From the NCBI GenBank assembly GCA_965277715.1, contig OZ255836.1, positions 3,168,001 through 3,232,000 of the forward strand: a stretch of DNA of 64,000 nucleotides, written 5' to 3'. The stretch is from Gammaproteobacteria bacterium (lineage in GTDB: Bacteria > Pseudomonadota > Gammaproteobacteria > JBCCGL01). Below are positions 10,001 through 18,631 of the stretch, one piece after another (position 1 is the first letter of the stretch; the number at the start of each line of letters is the position of its first letter). The notes under the pieces are model-generated. The model was not told the DNA's origin. It ran no database searches and saw only the letters and a list, made by a program, of their open reading frames with translations. A program made the position numbers and the translations under genes.

Positions 10001-11815
10001 GTGACCGACAAACTTCGTAACATCGCCATTATCGCGCATGTTGACCATGGCAAAACCACGTTGGTCGATCAGCTACTGCAGCAATCCGGCACGCTGGATA
10101 TGCGCACCACCCCTACCGAACGGATTATGGATTCCAATGATCTGGAGCGTGAGCGCGGCATCACTATTTTGTCCAAGAATACCTCGATTGTGTGGAATGA
10201 CTACCGCATCAATATTGTCGACACGCCCGGCCATGCCGACTTTGGCGGTGAGGTTGAGCGCGTTTTATCGATGGTCGATTCAGTATTGTTGTTAGTCGAT
10301 GCGGTTGAAGGGCCGATGCCACAAACCCGCTTTGTCACGCAAAAAGCCTTTGCGATGGGTTTTAAACCAATCGTGGTGATCAACAAGATTGATCGCGATG
10401 GCGCCCGCCCGGATTGGGTACTGGACCAAACCTTTGATCTGTTTGACAGGCTCGGTGCCAGTGATCAGCAACTCGACTTTCCCGTGGTGTACGCGTCGGC
10501 AATTAACGGTTATACAGGCCTGCATAGTAGTATCCGGGACGGTGATATGACGGCGTTATTGCAAACGATTGTCGATAGCGTGTCACCACCGCAAGTGGAT
10601 ACTGACGGCGCGTTTCGTATGCAGGTGTCCACGCTCGATTACAACAGCTATGTTGGTGTGATCGGCATTGGCCGCATTCAGCGCGGTATATTAAAGCCCA
10701 ACACACAGATCAAGTTGGTCAATCGCGAAGGCACGGTGCGCAGTGCGCGCATACTCCAGGTGCTGGGTTTCAAAGGTCTGGAGCGTATTGATGTCACCGA
10801 GGCTCGCGCTGGGGATATTGTCGCCATCACCGGTATCGACCCGCTGGACATCTCCGATACCCTGTGTGATCCCAGTGCTGTTGAGGCATTGCCTGCGCTC
10901 AGTGTCGATGAGCCGACGATCAGTATGACATTTCAACCCAATACCTCACCCTTTGCCGGTAAAGAGGGCAAATATGTCACCAGCCGCAATATTTGGGACC
11001 GTCTACAGCAAGAGCTAAAGCACAATGTGGCCTTGCGTGTCGAACAGGTTGGTGCAGAGAGCTACCGGGTTTCAGGCCGTGGCGAACTGCATTTGTCTGT
11101 ACTTATCGAAAACATGCGCCGTGAAGGTTATGAGCTGGCGGTTGGTCGGCCACAGGTGATTGTGCACGGTGAAAATGAAAACCGTACCGAGCCTTATGAA
11201 CAACTCACTGTCGACGTTGAAGATCAGTACCAGGGAGCAGTGATGGAAGCACTGGGTGCGCGCCGGGGGGAGTTGAAAGATATGGTGCCTGACGGTAAAG
11301 GCCGGGTGCGGCTGGACTATATGATGCCGGCGCGTGGCTTGATTGGCTTTCGTACCGAATTTCTAACGATGACTTCCGGTACGGGGTTGTTGTACAACGT
11401 CTTTGATCACTATGGTCCCTACCTGCCGGTACGCCTGGGCCAGCGCATTAATGGGGTTTTGGTGTCAATGGCGCAGGGTAAGGCACTGGGCTATGCACTG
11501 TTTAATCTACAGGAGCGTGGCAAGCTAATGATTGGCCACGGTCAGGCCGTTTACGAGGGTCTGGTGATCGGCATCCATGCGCGTAGCAATGATTTGGTGG
11601 TTAACCCATTAAAGGGCAAACAGCTCAACAATATCCGCGCTGCCGGTACGGATGAGAATATTATTCTCACCCCGCCGCTACGCTTTTCGCTGGAACAGGC
11701 GCTGGAATTTATCGATGACGACGAATTGGTCGAGGTCACACCGGTTGCGATTCGCATCCGCAAAAGACAACTCAAAGAGCACGAGCGCAAACGCACTGCC
11801 CGGCAAGTCGGGTAG
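10001..11815 (+). CDS. typA: Translational GTPase TypA/BipA
   Basis: [70 protein letters not shown]; GTG start 10001. Confidence 0.97.
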   Translation: MTDKLRNIAIIAHVDHGKTTLVDQLLQQSGTLDMRTTPTERIMDSNDLERERGITILSKNTSIVWNDYRINIVDTPGHADFGGEVERVLSMVDSVLLLVDAVEGPMPQTRFVTQKAFAMGFKPIVVINKIDRDGARPDWVLDQTFDLFDRLGASDQQLDFPVVYASAINGYTGLHSSIRDGDMTALLQTIVDSVSPPQVDTDGAFRMQVSTLDYNSYVGVIGIGRIQRGILKPNTQIKLVNREGTVRSARILQVLGFKGLERIDVTEARAGDIVAITGIDPLDISDTLCDPSAVEALPALSVDEPTISMTFQPNTSPFAGKEGKYVTSRNIWDRLQQELKHNVALRVEQVGAESYRVSGRGELHLSVLIENMRREGYELAVGRPQVIVHGENENRTEPYEQLTVDVEDQYQGAVMEALGARRGELKDMVPDGKGRVRLDYMMPARGLIGFRTEFLTMTSGTGLLYNVFDHYGPYLPVRLGQRINGVLVSMAQGKALGYALFNLQERGKLMIGHGQAVYEGLVIGIHARSNDLVVNPLKGKQLNNIRAAGTDENIILTPPLRFSLEQALEFIDDDELVEVTPVAIRIRKRQLKEHERKRTARQVG

Positions 11816-11821
11816 CCGCGT

Positions 11822-11851
11822 GAAAACGGGCTTTCCTAAAGCCCGCTTTTC
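11822..11851. terminator. Bidirectional intrinsic terminator between convergent typA and gloA
   Basis: GAAAACGGGCTTT-CCT-AAAGCCCGCTTTTC hairpin with A/T tracts on both sides. Confidence 0.65.
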
Positions 11852-11894
11852 CTCACAGGCCCGCCGCACAATGGATGGCGGGCAACGGCTGCCA

Positions 11895-12311
11895 CTACCA
11901 GCTTCCGGTATTGCCCATGCTCGCCCACGGCTCTTGTGATGGCAGTGGCTCGTCGGCCTGCAACAGCTCAATCGATATACCGCTGGGGTCTTTGACAAAC
12001 GCCATGCGGCCATCCCGTGGTGGGTAGAGAATAGTGACGCCACCTGCCTGTAACGTTTGGCATGTCGCGTAAATATCGTCCACTTGAAAAGCGAGGTGGC
12101 CAAAATTATCGCCGTCACTGTAGCTGCGCTCGTCATGGTTTTTGGTTAGCTCGATCTCCGGCTCGCCCTCCTCAGTGGCAAGGTAGTAGAGGCTGAAAGC
12201 ATCCTCCGGGTAATGGTTTTCGCGAACCAGTTTTAAACCGAGCAGTTCGGTATAAAATTTCAATGACGCCTCAACGTCGCGAACGCGGATCATGGCGTGT
12301 AAGTATTTCAT
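11895..12311 (-). CDS. gloA: Lactoylglutathione lyase (glyoxalase I, VOC family)
   Basis: YLHAMIRV, IELTKN, FGHLAF, AFVKDPSGISIELLQ, EPWASMGNTGSW. Confidence 0.88.
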   Translation of the reverse strand: MKYLHAMIRVRDVEASLKFYTELLGLKLVRENHYPEDAFSLYYLATEEGEPEIELTKNHDERSYSDGDNFGHLAFQVDDIYATCQTLQAGGVTILYPPRDGRMAFVKDPSGISIELLQADEPLPSQEPWASMGNTGSW

Positions 12312-12371
12312 ATTGTTTTTCTCTCAAATTAGCCCAACGCCGCTGTCACTTGCGCAAAACAGAGCACGGCA

Positions 12372-13364
12372 TTAACCCTGTTCCAACAATGCGCGCAAAT
12401 CGATCACCGCTGCATTGGCGCTGGAAATATAAGACGCCATCACCAACGAATGATTAGCTACCAGTGAGAAACCACTACCATTTAAAATCATGGGGCTCCA
12501 GATGGTTTCTTGCGTGGATTCCAGCTCACGAATAATCTGTTTCAGGCTAACCAGTGCATTTTTCTTTTCCAGTACTTCCTTAAAATCGATTTCGATGGCT
12601 TTGAGAAAATGGATAAGTGCCCATGCAGCACCGCGCACTTCATAAAACACATCGTCGATTTCTGACCAGGGGGTTTTTACTTCCATTTGCTGAGGGGTGG
12701 CTGTCGATTGTGTGGCACTGGTATCACCCGCCAGGTCAATATTGATACGCACCTGGCCGACACTGGCGCTCAGGCGCTGTGCCATTGACCCCAGGCGCTT
12801 TTCAACCAGGGCCAGCCAGTCGCGCAAATTGTCGGCGCGTGCGTAAAATTGTGCATCCTGCTGTTCACTGTCCGCCAGGCGGTTCAGATAGCGCTGTAAT
12901 GCAACAATACCCGTTCGGTACTCGCCTTCGGTGGCCGGGAAAAACCAGGATTTGTTGTCGAAGTTAAACTGCGGCTCGCCCTTGGATAAATCTTTGTCTT
13001 CAACGGATTGGGATTGGGAGCGGCTAATATCATTGCGTAGTGCACGCGCCAGATCACGAATCTGGGTCAGTACGCCGAACTCCCAATTGGGGATATTGTC
13101 CAGAAACACACTGGGCGGTGTGGCATCGTTGCTCAGGTAACCGCCGGGCTTGTCGAGCATTCGCCGGGCAACTTCGATCAGTGTTGCGGTAGTTGCGTAG
13201 CCGGTCACCACCTGCTGCCCACTAACAGCAGCGGATTGCGCGGTTATATCGGCGACCACAAAAGTGGGCGGTTCACGGCTCCACCACCCACCTAATACAA
13301 AAAATACCAGTGCGATTACCAGTGTGGTGATGGCTATAACACGACCAGTGGCAAACTTTTCCAC
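12372..13364 (-). CDS. DUF2333 family protein
   Basis: KPGGYLSND, DNIPNWEFGVL, SRSQSQS, FYARADNL, IDDVFYE, ANHSLVMASYIS motifs. Confidence 0.85.
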   Translation of the reverse strand: MEKFATGRVIAITTLVIALVFFVLGGWWSREPPTFVVADITAQSAAVSGQQVVTGYATTATLIEVARRMLDKPGGYLSNDATPPSVFLDNIPNWEFGVLTQIRDLARALRNDISRSQSQSVEDKDLSKGEPQFNFDNKSWFFPATEGEYRTGIVALQRYLNRLADSEQQDAQFYARADNLRDWLALVEKRLGSMAQRLSASVGQVRINIDLAGDTSATQSTATPQQMEVKTPWSEIDDVFYEVRGAAWALIHFLKAIEIDFKEVLEKKNALVSLKQIIRELESTQETIWSPMILNGSGFSLVANHSLVMASYISSANAAVIDLRALLEQG

Positions 13365-13513
13365 GTGTTGCTTCTCCTCCGGTTAAATGCTTCAGTATAA
13401 GGGGTTTCACTGTATCGACAGATGGGTAAATTGCAACACCTTTCCCCTTTCTAAGAAATTGCGGGTTAGCTAATCGCTTATACGTTACAATTTAAGTAAT
13501 TTAACGAAGCTAT

Positions 13514-15691
13514 ATGACAATGAAAGCGATTAAATGGGTATTAATTGGACTGCTTGGGCTCGTCATTCTGGCGTTTATTGTCGTTGGTATTCTACTGCTG
13601 GCCATTGATCGGGGTGAGTACAAACAGGAAATTATCGAACAGGTTGAAACCCATACAGGGCGGGCGCTAACAATTGGTGGTAACCTCGATATATCGTTGT
13701 TTCCGTGGATTGGTATCAGCATCAGCGAACTGTCGATAGCCAATGCCCAGGGCTTTGGTGACGACCCCTTTGTCCAGGCCAAGGCCGCCAACGTCAAAAT
13801 TGAACTACTGCCATTGCTGCGCCGGGAACTGCGCGTTGATACTATTCAGCTTGTCGGTGTCGCATTGGATTTACAGCGCAATTCACAGGGTAGCAATAAC
13901 TGGGACGATTTAACCAAAAGTGGCGGCAATTCCACTGGCAATACATCATCATCGACGCCCAGTGCTGAAAATTCACCCCTCGCCGCGCTGGCAATTGGCG
14001 GTGTCGAAATCAGCGACTCAAAAGTCCGCTGGCGAGATCAGCAACAGGGCACCGATGCAATGTTGCAGCAATTTAACCTGAGTATCGGTCAGGTTAAATT
14101 ACACGAATCCTTTCCCTTATCCCTGTCTTTTACCTTCAATGAAGTCAGCAGTGCACTCAGTGCAGAAATGCGTGTCACCAGTGATGTAACCATTGATATA
14201 CAACAACAAAAATATCAATTGGCTGCGTTGGCATTTAACGCCGAAGTGCGGGGTGCAAGTTTGCCGGAGTCTGGTGTGTTAACTACCCTGTCAGCGAACG
14301 TTCTGGCGGATCTTGTTCAACAAACCATTGTCGTGAGTGGTTTAGACAGCTCACTGGCCGGTATTCCTGTTACGGGTGAGGTGCTTGTTGAGCGACTGAA
14401 CACGTCACCGGGTGTCTCGGGCAAATTGAATGTTTCAAAAGTTGATATTGCATCACTTATGCAACAATTTGCTATTGAGATACCTGAAACAGCGAGTAGC
14501 GATGTGCTCAAGTCCGCCGATGCACAACTGGCTTTCGCCGCTGACCCAAAAGCGCTGAGTGTTGACATTCTGGCCGCACATATCGATACGACCAGTTTGC
14601 AGGGGAAATTGAATGTCGCGCTGGGTAAAATACCCGATATTCGCTTTTCTTTGTCAATCGACAGTATCAACCTCGACCATTACTTACCGCCACCTGCCGC
14701 TACGCCAGTGGCGACGAATGAAGCCAGTGCAGCGAAAGACACAGCGGATCTGCCGATTGGTTTGCCACTGGCTGTACTCAAGGCACAAAACCTGACGGGC
14801 AAAGTATCGGTTGACCAGCTAACAGCGGCAAATATCAGGATGAGTGAGGTGCAGGTGCCGTTGTCTGTTCGCGATGGCGTGGCAACACTGAATGACCTCA
14901 GCGCCAAACTGTACCGGGGCACAGTGGATGTCAATGCGCGCATCGATGCCAGTGGCTCACAAACCCGGCCACCGTCGATGTCCGCCAAAGCCAATTTATT
15001 CGGTGTTCAGATTGGCCCGCTACTCAATGACCTTCAAGGTGATGGTGTACTTTCCGGGGCGGGTGATGTCCGCCTGGATTTGAGCACGCGAGGTGAAACC
15101 CCGCGTGCCCTGAAAGCGGCACTCAACGGTGATGTAGCGATGAACCTGCGTGACGGTGCCATTGATGGCATCAACATCGCCCAATCGCTGCGCAATGCAA
15201 AAGCCAGGCTAACCGGGCAGACAGTGGCGGACGATGACGCCCCGCTGTCCACTGACTTTTCCCAGTTGAGTGTCAGTGGAAAAATTAAAAAAGGTGTTTT
15301 GCACAGTGATGACCTGGATATGCGTTCACCCCTGTTGCGCGTCAGTGGCAAAGGCAGTGTTGATTTGAATCGCGAGTATGTCGATTACAAAGTGCGTGTA
15401 CTGGTTACCGATGACAAAACCGGGCAGGGCGGTAAATCCTATGCCGAACTTGCCGGTCTCAAACTATCGGTGCCCATACGGGGTTATTTTGACGACCTGG
15501 GCAGCGACTTTTCCGGTGCTGTTTTAGCGGCGATAAAACAAAACGCCAAAGATGAAATTAATGAAAAACTCGATAAAATAAAAGCTGAGCAGGAACAAGC
15601 GGTTAAAGCAAAAATCGAAGAAAAGAAAGAAGAAGTTAAAGAAAAGGCGAAGGATAAGTTAAAGAATAAGCTCAAAAGTTTATTCGATTAA
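13514..15691 (+). CDS. asmA: AsmA family protein
   Basis: N-terminal TM, TGRALTIGG, LLPLL, NWDDL, C-terminal TDFSQLS...SPLLRVSGKG; conserved asmA-mutY-yggX order. Confidence 0.88.
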   Translation: MTMKAIKWVLIGLLGLVILAFIVVGILLLAIDRGEYKQEIIEQVETHTGRALTIGGNLDISLFPWIGISISELSIANAQGFGDDPFVQAKAANVKIELLPLLRRELRVDTIQLVGVALDLQRNSQGSNNWDDLTKSGGNSTGNTSSSTPSAENSPLAALAIGGVEISDSKVRWRDQQQGTDAMLQQFNLSIGQVKLHESFPLSLSFTFNEVSSALSAEMRVTSDVTIDIQQQKYQLAALAFNAEVRGASLPESGVLTTLSANVLADLVQQTIVVSGLDSSLAGIPVTGEVLVERLNTSPGVSGKLNVSKVDIASLMQQFAIEIPETASSDVLKSADAQLAFAADPKALSVDILAAHIDTTSLQGKLNVALGKIPDIRFSLSIDSINLDHYLPPPAATPVATNEASAAKDTADLPIGLPLAVLKAQNLTGKVSVDQLTAANIRMSEVQVPLSVRDGVATLNDLSAKLYRGTVDVNARIDASGSQTRPPSMSAKANLFGVQIGPLLNDLQGDGVLSGAGDVRLDLSTRGETPRALKAALNGDVAMNLRDGAIDGINIAQSLRNAKARLTGQTVADDDAPLSTDFSQLSVSGKIKKGVLHSDDLDMRSPLLRVSGKGSVDLNREYVDYKVRVLVTDDKTGQGGKSYAELAGLKLSVPIRGYFDDLGSDFSGAVLAAIKQNAKDEINEKLDKIKAEQEQAVKAKIEEKKEEVKEKAKDKLKNKLKSLFD

Positions 15692-15735
15692 TCAGGTCTA
15701 TACAATTGGCTAATCGTTACCTTTCATAGCTTGTA

Positions 15736-16797
15736 ATGTCGTCATTCGATTTTGCACAGACGGTGCTGCATTGGTTTCAGCAGCATGGCCGCAAAGACCT
15801 GCCCTGGCAGCAAAACCCAACACCCTACCGTGTTTGGATCAGCGAAATCATGTTACAGCAAACGCAGGTCAGTACGGTGGTTGGGTACTACCAGCGCTTT
15901 ATGCAGCATTTTCCCACCTTGGCGGACCTTGCCATCGCACCTGTTGACCAGGTACTGGCACAGTGGTCTGGTCTTGGTTACTACGCCCGTGCGCGCAATC
16001 TGCATAAAGCGGCAAAAATAATTGAGCGGCAGTTTGATGGTGAACTGCCCGAGGATATTGAGCAGCTAATTGCATTGCCCGGTATTGGCCGTTCGACCGC
16101 AGGGGCTATTCTCAGCCTTGCCTGTAAACAGCGGCAAGCGATTCTGGACGGTAATGTGAAGCGTGTGTTGGCGCGTTACTTCGCTGTCGAGGGTTGGCCG
16201 GGAAATACACAGGTTGCCAAGGTGTTATGGGCACATGCCGAGCGGCTCACCCCACAGCGGCGGGTCGATCACTATACCCAGGCGATGATGGATATTGGCG
16301 CCACCCTGTGCACACGCACTAAGCCCGCGTGTGAACGTTGCCCACTACAGGCACATTGCTGTGCCTTTGGGCAAAGCCGTGTAGCTGAGTTCCCCCACCG
16401 TAAACCTAAAAAGGTACTGCCGGTTCGCCACCGACATATGTTGTTACTGGAAAACGACCGTGGGGAAGTACTATTGGAAAAACGCCCACCCAGTGGTATT
16501 TGGGGTGGTTTGTTGGGTTTGCCGGTATTTGATAATGCCAGTGACTTGGTGCGTTGGTGTGAACAGCGGTTTGGTGTGGTGGAGCATATTGCCGATTGGG
16601 CGACCGTCCGGCACACGTTTAGTCATTTTCACATGGATATTGCGCCGGTACATCTGCGCATTGTTACGCCTGTGCAAGCGGTTATGGATGCAACTGGACA
16701 GGTCTGGTATAAAGGCGGCGTGTTGCCGGGTGGGCTGGCGGCCCCGGTTTCCCGGTTATTAAATCAGTTTTTTGACGAATCGTTTAGAGGAATATGA
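15736..16797 (+). CDS. mutY: A/G-specific adenine glycosylase MutY
   Basis: VWISEIMLQQTQV, WSGLGYYARARNLH, HhH LPGIGRSTAGAI, LDGNVKRV, Fe-S CTRTKPACERCPLQAHC, HTFSHF. Confidence 0.97.
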   Translation: MSSFDFAQTVLHWFQQHGRKDLPWQQNPTPYRVWISEIMLQQTQVSTVVGYYQRFMQHFPTLADLAIAPVDQVLAQWSGLGYYARARNLHKAAKIIERQFDGELPEDIEQLIALPGIGRSTAGAILSLACKQRQAILDGNVKRVLARYFAVEGWPGNTQVAKVLWAHAERLTPQRRVDHYTQAMMDIGATLCTRTKPACERCPLQAHCCAFGQSRVAEFPHRKPKKVLPVRHRHMLLLENDRGEVLLEKRPPSGIWGGLLGLPVFDNASDLVRWCEQRFGVVEHIADWATVRHTFSHFHMDIAPVHLRIVTPVQAVMDATGQVWYKGGVLPGGLAAPVSRLLNQFFDESFRGI

Positions 16798-16800
16798 GAT

Positions 16801-17067
16801 ATGGCGCGAATGGTGAATTGCGTGAAGTTGGGGGTTGAGTCAGAAGGCTTGGAGCGGCCCACTTACCCTGGTGAACTGGGTAAAAAAATCTACCTGAATG
16901 TATCCAAAGAGGCCTGGACGGGATGGATTCGCCATCAGACTATGTTAATCAACGAATACCGATTAACCCCTGTCGACCCACAGGCACGCAAGTTTTTGGA
17001 AGAGGAGATGGAGAAGTACTTTTTCGGTGAGGGTTCAAGCGTACCGGATGCGTTTGTGCCGCAGTAG
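16801..17067 (+). CDS. yggX: Oxidative damage protection / Fe(II)-trafficking protein YggX
   Basis: [30 protein letters not shown]; follows mutY. Confidence 0.95.
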   Translation: MARMVNCVKLGVESEGLERPTYPGELGKKIYLNVSKEAWTGWIRHQTMLINEYRLTPVDPQARKFLEEEMEKYFFGEGSSVPDAFVPQ

Positions 17068-17094
17068 ATAGTTCGGTTAAATGCTCACAGCCGC

Positions 17095-17130
17095 TTGACT
17101 CATTGCAGCTCAGCGGCTTTAATACGCGCT
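17095..17130 (+). promoter_or_regulatory. Sigma70 promoter of tRNA-Phe
   Basis: TTGACT (17095) - 17 bp - TTTAAT (17118), then GC-rich ACGCGC discriminator. Confidence 0.6.
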
Positions 17131-17173
17131 CTTTTGAAACAGCGGTTTTTGTCGCTGCATTGATAATAGTAAT

Positions 17174-17249
17174 GGCCAGGTAGCTCAGTCGGTAGAGCAG
17201 GGGACTGAAAATCCCCGTGTCGGCAGTTCGATTCTGTCCCTGGCCACCA
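17174..17249 (+). tRNA. tRNA-Phe (GAA)
   Basis: GGCCAGG/CCTGGCC acceptor stem, D arm TAGCTCAGTCGGTAGAGC, anticodon arm GGGGA-CTGAAAA-TCCCC, T loop GTTCGATT, encoded CCA; 76 nt. Confidence 0.97.
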
Positions 17250-17390
17250 CCCTCTCCTTAAATTAAACGATCTGCTTTGGCTTTAGTGTTGAACCTGGCA
17301 CGAACTGCAGCAGTTAGATTATTCGGCGCGTCCTTGCGCCTCATCCTACGGGTTCGCTATCGCTTATGAAGATTTGCTCCGTGCAAATCT

Positions 17391-17408
17391 TTCTGTCCCT
17401 GGCCACCA
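17391..17408 (+). repeat. 18-bp direct repeat of the tRNA-Phe 3' end (att-like / tRNA-linked repeat)
   Basis: TTCTGTCCCTGGCCACCA is identical to 17232-17249. Confidence 0.85.
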
Positions 17409-17656
17409 TTACCCTCTCAGAAATGATCCATTGAGCCTGAATTGGAGATAGAGGAACGACTAAGATTCAGTTTTTCAGTCTTGTCCGCTGTGGTGTTCAT
17501 TAACAACACTTAAAAGAGAGCTTCAACGATCCTTCAAGCACTCTCGTCACTCTATCTGGGGTTTTGGGTAAAATTAATAATTAGAACACCACCCTCAATT
17601 CTTGCTAATATCTCTTAATATTCTTAGTACAAATGAATTCTATACTGGATCAATTC

Positions 17657-18631
17657 ATGGCACTTGCCGACCAATTAAAAGCTTTGCTTCAGTCGCACTC
17701 CGAAGGCGACGATGCACAGTTTTATTCGATAGCAATGCAGCTAGCAGCACATGAGGCTAAAGTGGGCCATGGAAAGTTGGCAAAAGAGCTTAGAGAACTC
17801 ATAGATCAAGCCAAAAGCGTATCATCGTATAATAAAAAGCCGGTACTCATCACACGGCCAAGAGGTGAGCTATCTGAACTCCTCTCGGCTAGTTATCCCA
17901 AGCTAAATTTGAGCGATATTGTATTATCCGCAGAAATTGAGGAAAGGTTAAATCGGCTAGTCAAAGAACACCGGGAGATTCGCAATTTACGGAGCTATGG
18001 ATTGTCTCCTCGACGGAGAATTTTATTAGTTGGCCCTCCTGGTACTGGCAAAACCCTCACTGCATCGACAATCGCTGGAGAGTTGGGGTTACCACTGTTC
18101 ACTGTTCGGCTTGATAGCCTTATTACTAAATTCATGGGGGAAACTGCCTCAAAACTACGATTGGTCTTTGATGCGATCGCCCAAACGCGAGGCGTCTATT
18201 TATTTGATGAGTTTGATAGCATTGGTTCTCAAAGAGGTCTAGCAAATGACGTCGGTGAGATTCGCAGGGTACTAAACAGCTTCCTTCAAATGGTTGAACA
18301 AGATTCATCCGATAGCATTATCTTTGCTGCAACTAATCATATAGAAATTTTGGATCATGCTCTTTTTAGACGCTTTGATGACATCATTGATTACGAGCTT
18401 CCCGAAAAAACTGAAATAGTTTTAGCGTTTAAATCAAAATTAGCTAGTTCCAAAGTCTCACGGATTGAATGGCAGAAGCTTGCTTTATTGAGTGATGGAT
18501 TGAGTTTTGCTGATATTACCCATGTCTGTGAAGATGCGATTAAGAACGTAATAATAAATAGAAAACCGTCTGTGACTACAGCTGAGCTAGTTAAGTCTAT
18601 TAGCGATAGAAAACGTATTCGGAAAAATTAG
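17657..18631 (+). CDS. ietA: AAA+ ATPase, IetA-like partner of the S8 protease
   Basis: Walker A GPPGTGKT, Walker B YLFDEFD, NDVGEIRRVLNSFLQ, AATNH, LDHALFRRFDD; stop overlaps the S8 gene start. ATG 17657 (ORF open from 17633). Confidence 0.82.
   Translation: MALADQLKALLQSHSEGDDAQFYSIAMQLAAHEAKVGHGKLAKELRELIDQAKSVSSYNKKPVLITRPRGELSELLSASYPKLNLSDIVLSAEIEERLNRLVKEHREIRNLRSYGLSPRRRILLVGPPGTGKTLTASTIAGELGLPLFTVRLDSLITKFMGETASKLRLVFDAIAQTRGVYLFDEFDSIGSQRGLANDVGEIRRVLNSFLQMVEQDSSDSIIFAATNHIEILDHALFRRFDDIIDYELPEKTEIVLAFKSKLASSKVSRIEWQKLALLSDGLSFADITHVCEDAIKNVIINRKPSVTTAELVKSISDRKRIRKN

Noticed and set aside
17391-17408. Second tRNA gene
   Set aside because: Only the last 18 nt are present; there is no D arm or anticodon arm
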